A DNA stretch of 63,918 nucleotides, the filler included, from Craspedostauros australis (taxonomy: Eukaryota), in NCBI GenBank assembly GCA_030167865.1. It is 17 parts of 17 records of this genome, joined end to end, with 100 filler letters (N's around TTAATTAATTAA, not from the genome) between each part and the next. Parts side by side here need not be neighbours in the genome. Positions count along the whole stretch, not along the records: positions 19,164 to 44,014 come from JALAGF010001097.1; 16 more parts are not named here. One strand, written 5' to 3'. Below, one piece after another: positions 23,474 to 33,763 of this stretch. The position numbers were made by a program, and so were the translations under genes. The notes beneath the pieces were generated by a model. The model worked only from the letters and a program-made list of their open reading frames with translations, made no database searches and was not told the origin of the DNA. Numbering within the stretch: the first letter of the stretch is position 1; the number at the start of each line of letters is the position of its first letter.

Positions 23474-24307
23474 TCAACGCCCGACCCACACCTGAAGCTC
23501 AGCGCGCTCGCCATCATGATCGAGGGTGATGCTGCTCTCGATCTGCATCATGGACAGGCCGAAGCTGTAGGCCACCGGCGTCGGGCAGCAATCCACCCTG
23601 CAGCTCTGCAGCGGAAGCGGATCCAGCAGCATGCTGCCATCGGCGTCTTGCCGGTTGCGCCACGCCAGCGAGCCGCGCATCCTGTCATTGACGCGAGTAT
23701 TCAGCAAGAAATGGCACTTGCGTTGCGACGTCCGATCCACGGCGACGACCGTCAATTCCATATCGTGCAAATCGCGGTCTGTCATGGGCATGGGGAGCGG
23801 GATCGAATCCAGCGCCAGATTCAGCCGGACGTACTGGCCCTCTTGCGGTTGTGCCGTTACCGCGACGAAGGCGCCGTCGCCTTCATCATCCGAGCTGCCC
23901 TGTTGCCACAGCACGAAGAAATCGTGATTCGTAACCTTGTCCGGCAGCAAGACGCTCGTCTTGGGCACGGGATGATCCGGACGCGATCGATAACTGCCGA
24001 GTCCTGGATTGCCGTGCCGAGCCTGTTGGTGACTGCGGTAGGCCGCTGCGAAGCCCTTGACCGTTGCCAGGGTCCGGAAGTGCAGCATGACGCGTTGCTT
24101 CGGTGTTTCGTTGGCCTTGCTTGGGACGGGCGGCGCGGTCGGTGCCGCAAAGAGGCGCTGTTCGTGCGTCTTCCAACAACCGGCGGCGCATTCACGCAGC
24201 GCCTTGTTGGTGCGCTCCACCTTGCACAACGACGGGATGTCGAGGAAGCTCAGTATGTTGCTTGCGATTCCGCCTTCATGTGATTTGGCGAGGTCTTCGA
24301 GGGACAT
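23474..24307 (-). CDS. F-box-like protein
   Basis: N-terminal IASNILSFLDIPSLCKVERTNKALRE...CW resembles an F-box. The C-terminal domain is not recognised. Confidence 0.55.
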   Translation of the reverse strand: MSLEDLAKSHEGGIASNILSFLDIPSLCKVERTNKALRECAAGCWKTHEQRLFAAPTAPPVPSKANETPKQRVMLHFRTLATVKGFAAAYRSHQQARHGNPGLGSYRSRPDHPVPKTSVLLPDKVTNHDFFVLWQQGSSDDEGDGAFVAVTAQPQEGQYVRLNLALDSIPLPMPMTDRDLHDMELTVVAVDRTSQRKCHFLLNTRVNDRMRGSLAWRNRQDADGSMLLDPLPLQSCRVDCCPTPVAYSFGLSMMQIESSITLDHDGERAELQVWVGR

Positions 24308-26131
24308 GGTGGATGATGGTGGATTGTGGTGGACGGTGGATGGATGGATGGATGGATGGAGCAGAGTGGTTCTTGGTCAATGAACTGTTCAATGTATCAA
24401 TGTATATATCCGGTTGTTGGTGCAGGTGCAATGCTGAAGGAAGAATATTATGAGCGTTGGATGTACTCTTACGGTGACGATGATGGTTCTCTGATATTGT
24501 GGGTCAACGAGCACGATGGTCCTTGTGGTTGACATACTATCACGACAGTGTGGGATGTCCACGACAAGCTGGTTTTCCGTGTTCGTTTGGTACTATGACG
24601 AACGATGCCTGTGCTAGTACTCGCGACGAATGCACAAGAAGGCCAACGTTGACAATCTCCTGATTTGGGAAATTGTTTCTGCGATTGACGACATCTTTCT
24701 CCCACAGGAATGGTGGCGAACGAAAGTGACATAGTGACAGCGCCTTGTGGCATTGATTCGTCACTCCACTAAGAATGATGAGATGCAAAGTTATCGATAT
24801 TAATTATTTGTCGCTGGGGTACTTATTAACTTCTACTTCACCCAGGGTGTCGTGAAGCTCCACGAACAAAACAGGGGCATGACGATGGCATCATTCGAAC
24901 AACTATGGACTTCTTTTCTGTTTTGCACGATTGCGGTACATTCTCATCGTTTTCTCGGCCACGTTGCGGGCAGTTCCTTGTCGCTTGTCTTTGTTCCCCA
25001 AACTTCAACCATAACAACAACCCATTTGGTGTCGTCCCTACCGCCCACAATTATCCGTGTCAACAATGTCCGAAGAAACAGCCCACCCAAGACACCCCAC
25101 ACGATCCGACACGATCTGCGGACACGAAGAAGGACCAAAAGCGGCACAAGTTCAGTTTTCTTTGTGGGCACTTCCACGTGTATGAACGCCATATGAATCC
25201 CGCTACCAGTGCCGTCGACTCGTCGGATCATTCTGCTGTGTGCAACATTCGGAATAATTGTGTTCGATAAAATGGTCTACAATCAAATCAAGAACAGAGT
25301 CCGTTTGATTTCGGTTTTTCTTTATGACTGGGTCCAACATGTTTGTGCCGAGAATATCTCAAAGCGCTTTTTTTCTTCCCAACAGTGCTTTTTGTGCGGA
25401 ATGGTTGGCGAAGCCTGTCGGTGAATGTCATTTGCGCGCAACAATGGCACAAAGGATCACACTGAACGGCGTGCAGGTTGCTGGCGTTGGGATGTGCGGA
25501 CAAAGAGGCGCCAAGATACAGTCTGGGAGAGCGGAACGAAGCAACACAACGCAAAGAGGCAATCCAGAGGAGAGAGGAACTGAGGCACCCTCATCAAAAC
25601 GTTGTCTGCTCGGACCAGATAGTAGTATAGTCATAATACCAGACTTCATCAATCGAGCAGAGGAGTGTTCCCTCCTCCTTGCCCTAAATTCCGTGTGCAG
25701 GATTTGCGGAACCAGCGCATGTGCCCATTTCTTGGCGCAAGAAGACGGCCAAGAATAGTACTATTGTACATGCTCGTAGGGTATCGTACAACTGCCACCT
25801 CTGCTATCCAGCACACAGCACACACGACATAGTCACCCGCTTACTGACCAGTACGCACGTCCATCAACGTCACCGTCATCACCAACATCAACACCAACAT
25901 CAACACCAACATCCACAACGCTGTCATAGCTGCAAGATCCATCCACCCATCCACCCATCCATCCGCCGCAAAGATTTCTCAACTCAGCAGCCTGATCAGC
26001 GAAGCCGTGTTCGCAAAGCAGAGCAGACCAACGCAGTGCCAGAGAGATTGCACATATTATACCATCCTTCTCTCTGCTTTACTCTTATTCCATTTGGAAG
26101 CAAAGGCAATTGGTGAAGGAACTTCATTCCA

Positions 26132-28318
26132 ATGTCAGCTGCGGTGATGGTGCGAGAGGTCGAGTTGCATGGCGTGCAGGCGATGCATGATGTGCCCATG
26201 GATCATGAGCCTCTCAATGCTACTACCACCACCTCTCTCAGCAATGCTCACCCTCCAGCACAAGTCAGCAGCAAAGCAACACCCAACGCGGATGCTCCGG
26301 CAAAGCCAAAGGCCAAACCAAACAAAAAGCCAAAGGCGATATCCAAGACGAGAGACAAACCACCCACACGACTCTCATCCCAACTCTCCCAGATCCCTTC
26401 CTTCGAAACGGCCGCGCAACTGATGACGCACGAATCACCGACGACCATCGCGGACGCCAGGCGCCAGCTGCAGCTGCTGCATGCGGACGGCGTCGACACG
26501 CGCGACGAACACCGCCATCATCTGCACGCCTTGCAGACGACGATGGACGTGCTGCAGCAATCGATCGACGACGCGACGCAAAATGCCCAAGTCCCATCGC
26601 ATACGTACGCGGAGATCATGCTGTCCAATCACGATGGCACGGCGACGTTCGAATCCAAATCCCTGCGCACGCGCGATGTCGTCACGAAGCTGCAGGCCGA
26701 ATTGTGTCAGGTTCTGCATATCCATGAAATGCAGATGCGGCAGCTGTCCGTCATGAAGAAGCATCATCGCAATATCGTGGATTTCTTCGATCAGGAAATC
26801 ACGGCCAAGATGAACGAGCAGAATCAGTACCAGACGCAGGCCTATCGGCGCGTGCGCGAGTTGTCCGAGAAGCAGGACAAGGAGCGCCTAGATTATAAGC
26901 TGCGCATTCAGGAGCAGTACAATCAGATCCATGATCTCAAGCGGCGGGCGCGCAAGAAATATAGTCGCAAGCATCTGCGCAAGGATGGTGGTGGTGGTGA
27001 CGACGATTATCACAGTGGCGATGACGGCAACAGCAGCTATGATTATCATACCAGCGACGACGAAGATTACACCGATGACGACTACACTGACGACAACTAC
27101 ACCGATGACAACAACGACGTCGATCACAATGATCGAATGAACTATGATGTCGGCAAGTTTGGCAACAAATTCGCCACGGCAGCCCAGCACGCAAAGATCC
27201 CGTCGCATATCTCCGCCGTCCATGATCAGAATCAGCACCAATTCCAAGAGGAAGATATCACCCATGGGGACTACGACGACGAATTGGAAGACCTTTACGG
27301 CAGTGTCTCCTTCAACGCCGCCAAGGGACGATCCGGTTCCATTTCGAATATGCAATCGCCCAAACGCAACGCGTTGTCCTTGTCCGATTCCCTGCGCAAC
27401 CTCTGGGACAGCTTGCCGTCGCCGGGAGTGACGCCGTCCTCGCCCAGATCCAGGAAGAAGCCGGCGAACCGAAAGCAGCTGCGCTCCAGCGGCAGCATGG
27501 ATTCCCTGTCCGGCACCAACGCCACGGGCAGCGTCGCATCGTCAAGACGCAGGTCCAAAGCCAAACAATCGCGCACCAACATCATCACGCACGAAGATAT
27601 CGGCGATCTCATCACGGACCTCGAGGGTTCGGCGCAGATGAAAAAGTATGACCAATCCGCCAAGTACTCGTCTCACTTGTACGGCAAGCCGCCGTTGCTG
27701 AGTTCTGGATCGTATCATCTGAAATCGTCGCCCGAAAACTCTTCGACGGGCGGAAGCCCAATGACCGAGACTTCCAGAAGCGTTGTGCCGCAGACTCCCA
27801 AGCTCCTCGGACTCTCCTTCGGTGCCTCCTTGCAAAAGATGATGGGCAGCAACCGCAGCGTCAGCGGACGTTCGGGTTCCACGAGCCATCGTGCAGAGCC
27901 GCGCAATATGTACGACAGTCCCAGCAGAAAACCGCCGCCGGCCACCTATTTCAATGCCACGTCCAAACCTCCCCTCGAACGTTGCATGTCCATGTCGGCC
28001 GTCAACGATACGCAGGATGAGGCCCCGCCACCGCCCAGATCATTGACGAGCTGGTTGACGCCGACGCGTGGGGTGCGGAAGAGCGTTGCGAAAGGCAACC
28101 AACAGTCGCCGGCAAAGTCGCCGATGCGCAAGGTGACGGGTGTTCCATTGCCACCACCGGATCTGTTTGAAGATGTTCCGCTCGATACGATCACGACCGT
28201 CAGCGGGAAATCGTCGTACTATGATGAGAACGACGACGATGCCAGCAGCTTCGACGATGATGACAGTCTCGGCAGTTCGTCTGAGGACAGCGAAATTGAT
28301 TCGGATGGCGAAGATTGA
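26132..28318 (+). CDS. Uncharacterised coiled-coil, low-complexity protein
   Basis: 728-aa ORF with a central heptad-like Q/E/K/L region, DDxYT repeats, an S/P-rich disordered C-half and an acidic tail. Confidence 0.7.
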   Translation: MSAAVMVREVELHGVQAMHDVPMDHEPLNATTTTSLSNAHPPAQVSSKATPNADAPAKPKAKPNKKPKAISKTRDKPPTRLSSQLSQIPSFETAAQLMTHESPTTIADARRQLQLLHADGVDTRDEHRHHLHALQTTMDVLQQSIDDATQNAQVPSHTYAEIMLSNHDGTATFESKSLRTRDVVTKLQAELCQVLHIHEMQMRQLSVMKKHHRNIVDFFDQEITAKMNEQNQYQTQAYRRVRELSEKQDKERLDYKLRIQEQYNQIHDLKRRARKKYSRKHLRKDGGGGDDDYHSGDDGNSSYDYHTSDDEDYTDDDYTDDNYTDDNNDVDHNDRMNYDVGKFGNKFATAAQHAKIPSHISAVHDQNQHQFQEEDITHGDYDDELEDLYGSVSFNAAKGRSGSISNMQSPKRNALSLSDSLRNLWDSLPSPGVTPSSPRSRKKPANRKQLRSSGSMDSLSGTNATGSVASSRRRSKAKQSRTNIITHEDIGDLITDLEGSAQMKKYDQSAKYSSHLYGKPPLLSSGSYHLKSSPENSSTGGSPMTETSRSVVPQTPKLLGLSFGASLQKMMGSNRSVSGRSGSTSHRAEPRNMYDSPSRKPPPATYFNATSKPPLERCMSMSAVNDTQDEAPPPPRSLTSWLTPTRGVRKSVAKGNQQSPAKSPMRKVTGVPLPPPDLFEDVPLDTITTVSGKSSYYDENDDDASSFDDDDSLGSSSEDSEIDSDGED

Positions 28319-28777
28319 ATTGGATGGATGGATGGATGGATGGATGGATGGAAAGAATGGAGGGGCCTAAGCAAGCGATCATCTGCAGCAGGTCCCAACT
28401 GTACTAGTAGAACATGCATGAACACTACTCTCTTCAACCCATCGCGATTCATTCTCTCTCCATGTCTCTTGATCTTTGTGCACCTATACGTACACGCATG
28501 GCATGTGCCCAACAATGTTCCCATCAACAACGAATACGAAAAAGGCATGGAGCCTGGTTGCTTCGTGAAGTATTATAATGCGTATTTCTCGTTATTCTAA
28601 CCCATTGTTAGGCCGTCTTGTGTATCAGTCCGCTGCTGATCCTGCTCTCAGGCTGGCTGCTCCTGCTGCCTCTTTTGTATTGTGGTTGTGTGTCTTGTAT
28701 CCCATCATTTCGATGTTATCCCAGGGGTTGTCTGTTCCTGACTGCTTGCTCCACGAGCTTGTTCGGAGTGCGCACAT

Positions 28778-30784
28778 TCAGTCAAACTCCGCCCCACTGG
28801 TTTCCAACAACTCTGGTTTCCTCGGCTTTGCCATCCTCAACGATGGATGGTTGTCATCACCGAAGCCTGGGAACATGAGACCCTCGGGGTCATTGGTGGA
28901 GAAGCTGACCTCGCCCTTGGGCGTGTCCAGGGTGATGGTCAACTTCGCGCTGCCGTCCTGCAGCTCGACGTGGTCCACATTCTGAAGCAGGGTGTGGACG
29001 TAGTGATCCTCCGGAGCCTGCACCTCACAGCTCGTCAGAGTGGCGCCCTTGTGCTCCAGGCGGACGGTTGGATGGTATTTGGACTGGTGCCAGTTGACGT
29101 AGGCCGGAACGCAACCTCCCAGGCCGTGGCCGTACAGGAGCATGAGATCCCACTTGTGCACATCGTGATCTTCGTCGTAGTCCTCTGGATTGGCATGGAC
29201 CATGATGACTTCGTCGCGATCCCACGACAGATACGTGGGAATCTTGACCTGCTCCGTCTTGTTGCGCACGGCGTAATGGTACGGGACGATCGAGTCATCC
29301 GGGATGCTATCACGAAGGTCGTTGGCGATGCCCTCGTCGTTGGAGTTGCAGGTTGGGTCTGGCCCGATGAGCTCCAGGAACATCGGGGCGGAGTCACCCT
29401 CGTCATCGAGGTTGTCGAGACGGATGCGCGCCGATTTGGAGCCCACGCCACGCAGCGACCCAATCCTTGTGGGTCTCAGGCCAGTCATCTTCTCGAACTT
29501 CGCGAGTCCCTTCGTGAAATCGGAGCACGCGAGGATGATGTGATCGAGTCCATTCTGCGTCAAGGATTGCGGAACGTCTCCGTCATCGTGACGACGGCGA
29601 CGCCCTTCCTTGCGCGTGGCGGCGTCTTCGTCGTCAGAATCGTCATCCGAGTCGGAATCGAATTGACGGGCGGCCGGGTTCTCCTTGAGGAAGGATTTCA
29701 GCTTGTTCTTCATAGCAACATGGTATTGATCGTCATGCGAATCATCGTCGCTGTCGTCGCAGTCGTCGTCGGCCAAGAGCTGCTGCACGAGATTGTCGTT
29801 AGGCTGCAGCAAGAACTCGTCGGGGCGCAACAGAAGACCAGGCTTCTTGCTTGGGGCGTTGGCGGCGTTGTCCCCAATCTCGCTGTCGCTGTCGTTGCTG
29901 CTTGCCTCAGATGCGGTTGAGTCAACCTTGTACTTGTCGTTGTTCTGATTCTTGCTGTTGCTCTTGTTGTTGCTCTTGTTGTTGCTGTTGCTCTTGGTGA
30001 TGCTGGGTACAGGCACGGAAGAGAGAGTGGCGCGGGCGGCCACTGGAGACTTCTTGAACTTGAGCGGTGACTTAGACGCGACCGAAGCGAAGGCAGATGG
30101 GACGCTTCCACCGCTGGCGTCCTTACCAGACGAAGGACGGTCCTTCTTGACGACGAGATAGGACGGAAGTTTCTTGGATGCGGTCTGGCGACGCGTGCTT
30201 GTGGGCGACGATGTCTGTGCCTTGTGAGTCTTGGCTCCATCACCGTCAACGGTGACGTCTTCAGTGATCTCCGAGAAGGCGGTCCCATCGTCGGATCTAC
30301 TCACGTTCTTGGCCGGCGGGGTGTCATCGTCATCATGCTCACGATCGCTGTCATGCTTCAGCGAAGCAAAAGAGTTGTCCAAATTCGGGATGGCCTTTGG
30401 CTGAGACGATGCAGTGTTGCGCTGGGAGACGGTGGCTGTGTTTGCGTTGCCAGCAGCGTTGCCATCATCACTGCCGTCGTCGCTGGATTCTGCCTCATCG
30501 CGCGCCATCTGGGCAGGTGACTTGGTGGCCTTCACCTTCCAGCTGCGACGTGGAGTGCTGGTCGGGGACCGGCCCAGCCATTCGTCGGAACGCCCGTTGC
30601 CATCCTTCGGCTTGCTGTTCCATGTCTTCTTCTTCTTGGTGGTAGTCGCGGAGCTGTGCTTGTGAGGTGAGTCGGGGTTGGACGATGGGAGGTAGTCGTC
30701 GCGGCCGTAGCGGCGGTTGGCTTCGTCCATGTCGCGAGCACGGCGGTACGCTTCGAGCGCCTTCTGATCGACTGTGTATACCAT
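28778..30784 (-). CDS. Glyoxalase_3/VOC-like domain protein with a ~400-aa disordered N-terminus
   Basis: LDHIILACSDF..GL..FE.MTGLRP, FLELIGPDP, VPAYVNW....HP and LTITLDTPKGEV. Confidence 0.78.
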   Translation of the reverse strand: MVYTVDQKALEAYRRARDMDEANRRYGRDDYLPSSNPDSPHKHSSATTTKKKKTWNSKPKDGNGRSDEWLGRSPTSTPRRSWKVKATKSPAQMARDEAESSDDGSDDGNAAGNANTATVSQRNTASSQPKAIPNLDNSFASLKHDSDREHDDDDTPPAKNVSRSDDGTAFSEITEDVTVDGDGAKTHKAQTSSPTSTRRQTASKKLPSYLVVKKDRPSSGKDASGGSVPSAFASVASKSPLKFKKSPVAARATLSSVPVPSITKSNSNNKSNNKSNSKNQNNDKYKVDSTASEASSNDSDSEIGDNAANAPSKKPGLLLRPDEFLLQPNDNLVQQLLADDDCDDSDDDSHDDQYHVAMKNKLKSFLKENPAARQFDSDSDDDSDDEDAATRKEGRRRRHDDGDVPQSLTQNGLDHIILACSDFTKGLAKFEKMTGLRPTRIGSLRGVGSKSARIRLDNLDDEGDSAPMFLELIGPDPTCNSNDEGIANDLRDSIPDDSIVPYHYAVRNKTEQVKIPTYLSWDRDEVIMVHANPEDYDEDHDVHKWDLMLLYGHGLGGCVPAYVNWHQSKYHPTVRLEHKGATLTSCEVQAPEDHYVHTLLQNVDHVELQDGSAKLTITLDTPKGEVSFSTNDPEGLMFPGFGDDNHPSLRMAKPRKPELLETSGAEFD

Positions 30785-32215
30785 GTTGGTTGTGGTGCTT
30801 TGTTGTTACTGTTGCTTTGTGTTACTGTTGCTTTGTGTTGATGTGCTTGTCGGTTGTCAATTGTCGGTTGAGCTGAGAATGATTTTTATGAGATGTGGTT
30901 GAGACGCAAGGGGAGAGAGTGAACTCATCCGTTTCCTTTGCATGGCACGCGTTGCGTTTGAACGATGAAAGAGGAGCCATGACGATGGCTGCGATTGCTT
31001 GGTTGTATTGCTTCGTCTTCGCTTGGCGCGGGTGCGATTCTTTGTCGTCGGAGTTGGATTGCTTGTATGGATGCACGCAACACTGGACGCAGCTCGCACG
31101 CCGCTTCCAACAACGACAACAGCACACAGCCGGGAGACAGATTGTGCGAGACACAGACTCTGACGCAGAGAGAGGAAGGCTGAGGGAGAGAGCTGAAGAT
31201 GAATGACCAGTGCGCAAGTCACCTTGCTCCTGTCATGCGAACTATACCAAATACGCACATGCGCAGCCTCTCTCGAGATGACTGCTGGGCCCATCCGTGA
31301 AGCAGGGGTTATCAAGATTGGGAACCCAGCCCATCAAAATGTGATCGTTGCAGATCTTGCCTGTGTTGTGTCAAGACCGCAAGACATCCCGTTCGTTATG
31401 TGCTGTCCCTATGTGACATGCAGCGCCATAAATGTTTGAATCAAGCTGGTGATTGAAACTCCGCGGCTTTCGCCGAAGTGGAGAGACATTGATGACTGGA
31501 TCGTGAATGGAGAACGGAAATAGTCCCAATACCGTATCTTCTGGTTTTTGGATCTTTCTTGCAAAGAGTCATTTCTCGATTCCGTGGGTCTTGCACAGGT
31601 CTGACCACGTCTTGCGTTTCCGCTGGTCGTGTGTCGTTGTGTGGCACACGGAGAGACACCACGATGCGGACAAGACATCGACATCGTGTCGGCAACATCA
31701 ACCGTGCCAAGAACACGAGAAACATCAAAGGAAGAAGACCAAGGGGGAGGACCATCAAGGAAGTGGGCCGTGCCCTTTTGTGCTTTCGCCAAAGTCACAT
31801 GCACCGGCGAGAGTTCGAACTGCGCGGTTTCGCGTCGTTTGTGAGTCAATTTTTCTCTCACCTTTGTGTGTGGAGTTCGCAATTTGATGCGATTGGACTG
31901 AACCGTCATCGAGAATCGTGGATTGCCTCTTCACGCCACAGTGGGTACTGGCATTTGCATCGTGTTCGTGCTCTGTTGGCGCCACCGCTGTTCGTATCTC
32001 TGCAACCGGTGTTCTCTCACCAGCTCAACCAACCAACCACACGCGCAGCCCTCTAATCGCGTTCTCTCTCTGTCTCTCTCTGCGCCTCCCTGTGCGCAAC
32101 CGATCTCGTCGTACTCCTCAAACATCAAAACAAAGACAAAGACAAGAGCATCCATCTCCTTGGAGCAGCAAGACAAGCACATCAACCACCCAACATCGAT
32201 CAACAGCAGACCACC

Positions 32216-32755
32216 ATGACCGCCGAATCCCACCCACCGAAGGAACTGCTGAACGCCGTGAAGACGGAGGCGATCGAACAGAAGGAGAGCCTGCAGCACC
32301 AGAAACCAGAGTCGAAGCAGGCCCTGCTGTCATCCGTGCGCACAGAGACCCACGACGTGAAGGACCAGCTGCAGCCCGCCAAGACGGGCAGCAAGCGCGA
32401 TCTGCTGAGCGAGGTCCGACGCGAGGGCAGCCAGAAGAAGCTTTCGCATGTGGAGCCCGTCGCCAAGAAGGACCTCATGTCGGAAGTGCGCCGAACGACG
32501 GAGGCTGATCTCGCCAAGAAGCAGTCCATGATCACCAAGAAGCAGGACCTCGTGCAGAACCTGTCGGAGCAGGTGGTCGAGACCGCCAAGGAGGGCCTCA
32601 ACCACGTCAAGCCCATGCAGAAGAAGGAGCTGCTGCAGGGCGTCCGAGTGGAGGGCAAGACCGTCAAGAAGGAGCTCAACAAGGTGGAGACAGCCGGCAA
32701 GCAGATCCTCATGTCCGATGTCCGTTTGCACGCAAACAACATGGATATCCTGTAA
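32216..32755 (+). CDS. Small protein of about 7 tandem 24-27 aa WH2-like repeats
   Basis: Repeats K-x-x-L-L/M-x-x-V-R-x(7-9)-L-x-H/K-V, e.g. KRDLLSEVRREGSQKKLSHVE and KKELLQGVRVEGKTVKKELNKVE. Good start context CCACCATG and strong codon bias. Confidence 0.7.
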   Translation: MTAESHPPKELLNAVKTEAIEQKESLQHQKPESKQALLSSVRTETHDVKDQLQPAKTGSKRDLLSEVRREGSQKKLSHVEPVAKKDLMSEVRRTTEADLAKKQSMITKKQDLVQNLSEQVVETAKEGLNHVKPMQKKELLQGVRVEGKTVKKELNKVETAGKQILMSDVRLHANNMDIL

Positions 32756-33763
32756 CGTGGGTACGCATACACCTACTCATGCTCGTGATCAGGAAGGTCC
32801 GGCAGCAACCGATCGATTGATGCATGCAAAATGCGCGCAGAGTATGCGTGTGCCAACCCATGCGCATGCGTGCAGTGCACAGAACATCGAACCTACCCAC
32901 CAGCCTTCGGAAGCCGCGTACTCGTGTGCCGATACCTCGACGTTCTTCTTGCTTGTGCCGTGGATGGATCTTTGGCGCGCAAATCCCCCGACAGAGGCAT
33001 GTCTCGCACAGTGCCACACACAATCCCACCGACGCTAACCAAAAACTACAACGACAACTGCGACCAACAGCGAAGCAGAACCACCAAGAACTGCCATGTG
33101 CAAACAGAAAGAAAAGAAACATGTTGTCAATAGCAATCACCAAACGACTCGAGGCCAAGAAGAGCAACAGAAACCAGGCACCAGCGCATCCACATCCACC
33201 ACAACCGGTTGCGACGCACTTGCTGGACCAAGCCATGCATCTCTTGACGATCACATCGATTGGGGTCGTCAACCACGATCATGGACGTCCTGCGCAGGGA
33301 CGTACCATACCACACTCCAGAGACTACCGTACTCGTAGTCCACCAAATACTCTCACTAGAATGTCATACAAATACATGCCACAACCACACGCTTCAACTC
33401 TGAATGCAAGCTCAACCGCAAATGCTCTCCCACGCCATCACGTTCACCTCCTGTTGTTGTCGTTGCCTTGTTGCTTTGGCAGGAGCGCGGTTCGTTTTCC
33501 TCAACACACTGGGAAGCCTGGTGTCTCCAATACAGTGGGACTCGTTGGTGACGACATGTCCGTATGACAGTCCGCGCATGTCTAACTTTCCACCATGTAG
33601 ACTGCTTTGGATTTCTCACTTGGTGTCAAGCACAATGAGAACGAATCCTTCTGTTCTTTTCTGGGATCCACTTCCCATTTCTTCCTTCGCGCGCAAAGGC
33701 GACACACCAGAGAGGAGATCATTCACCACATCGTGACCAAAAGCACACTGGATTTGAGTCACA

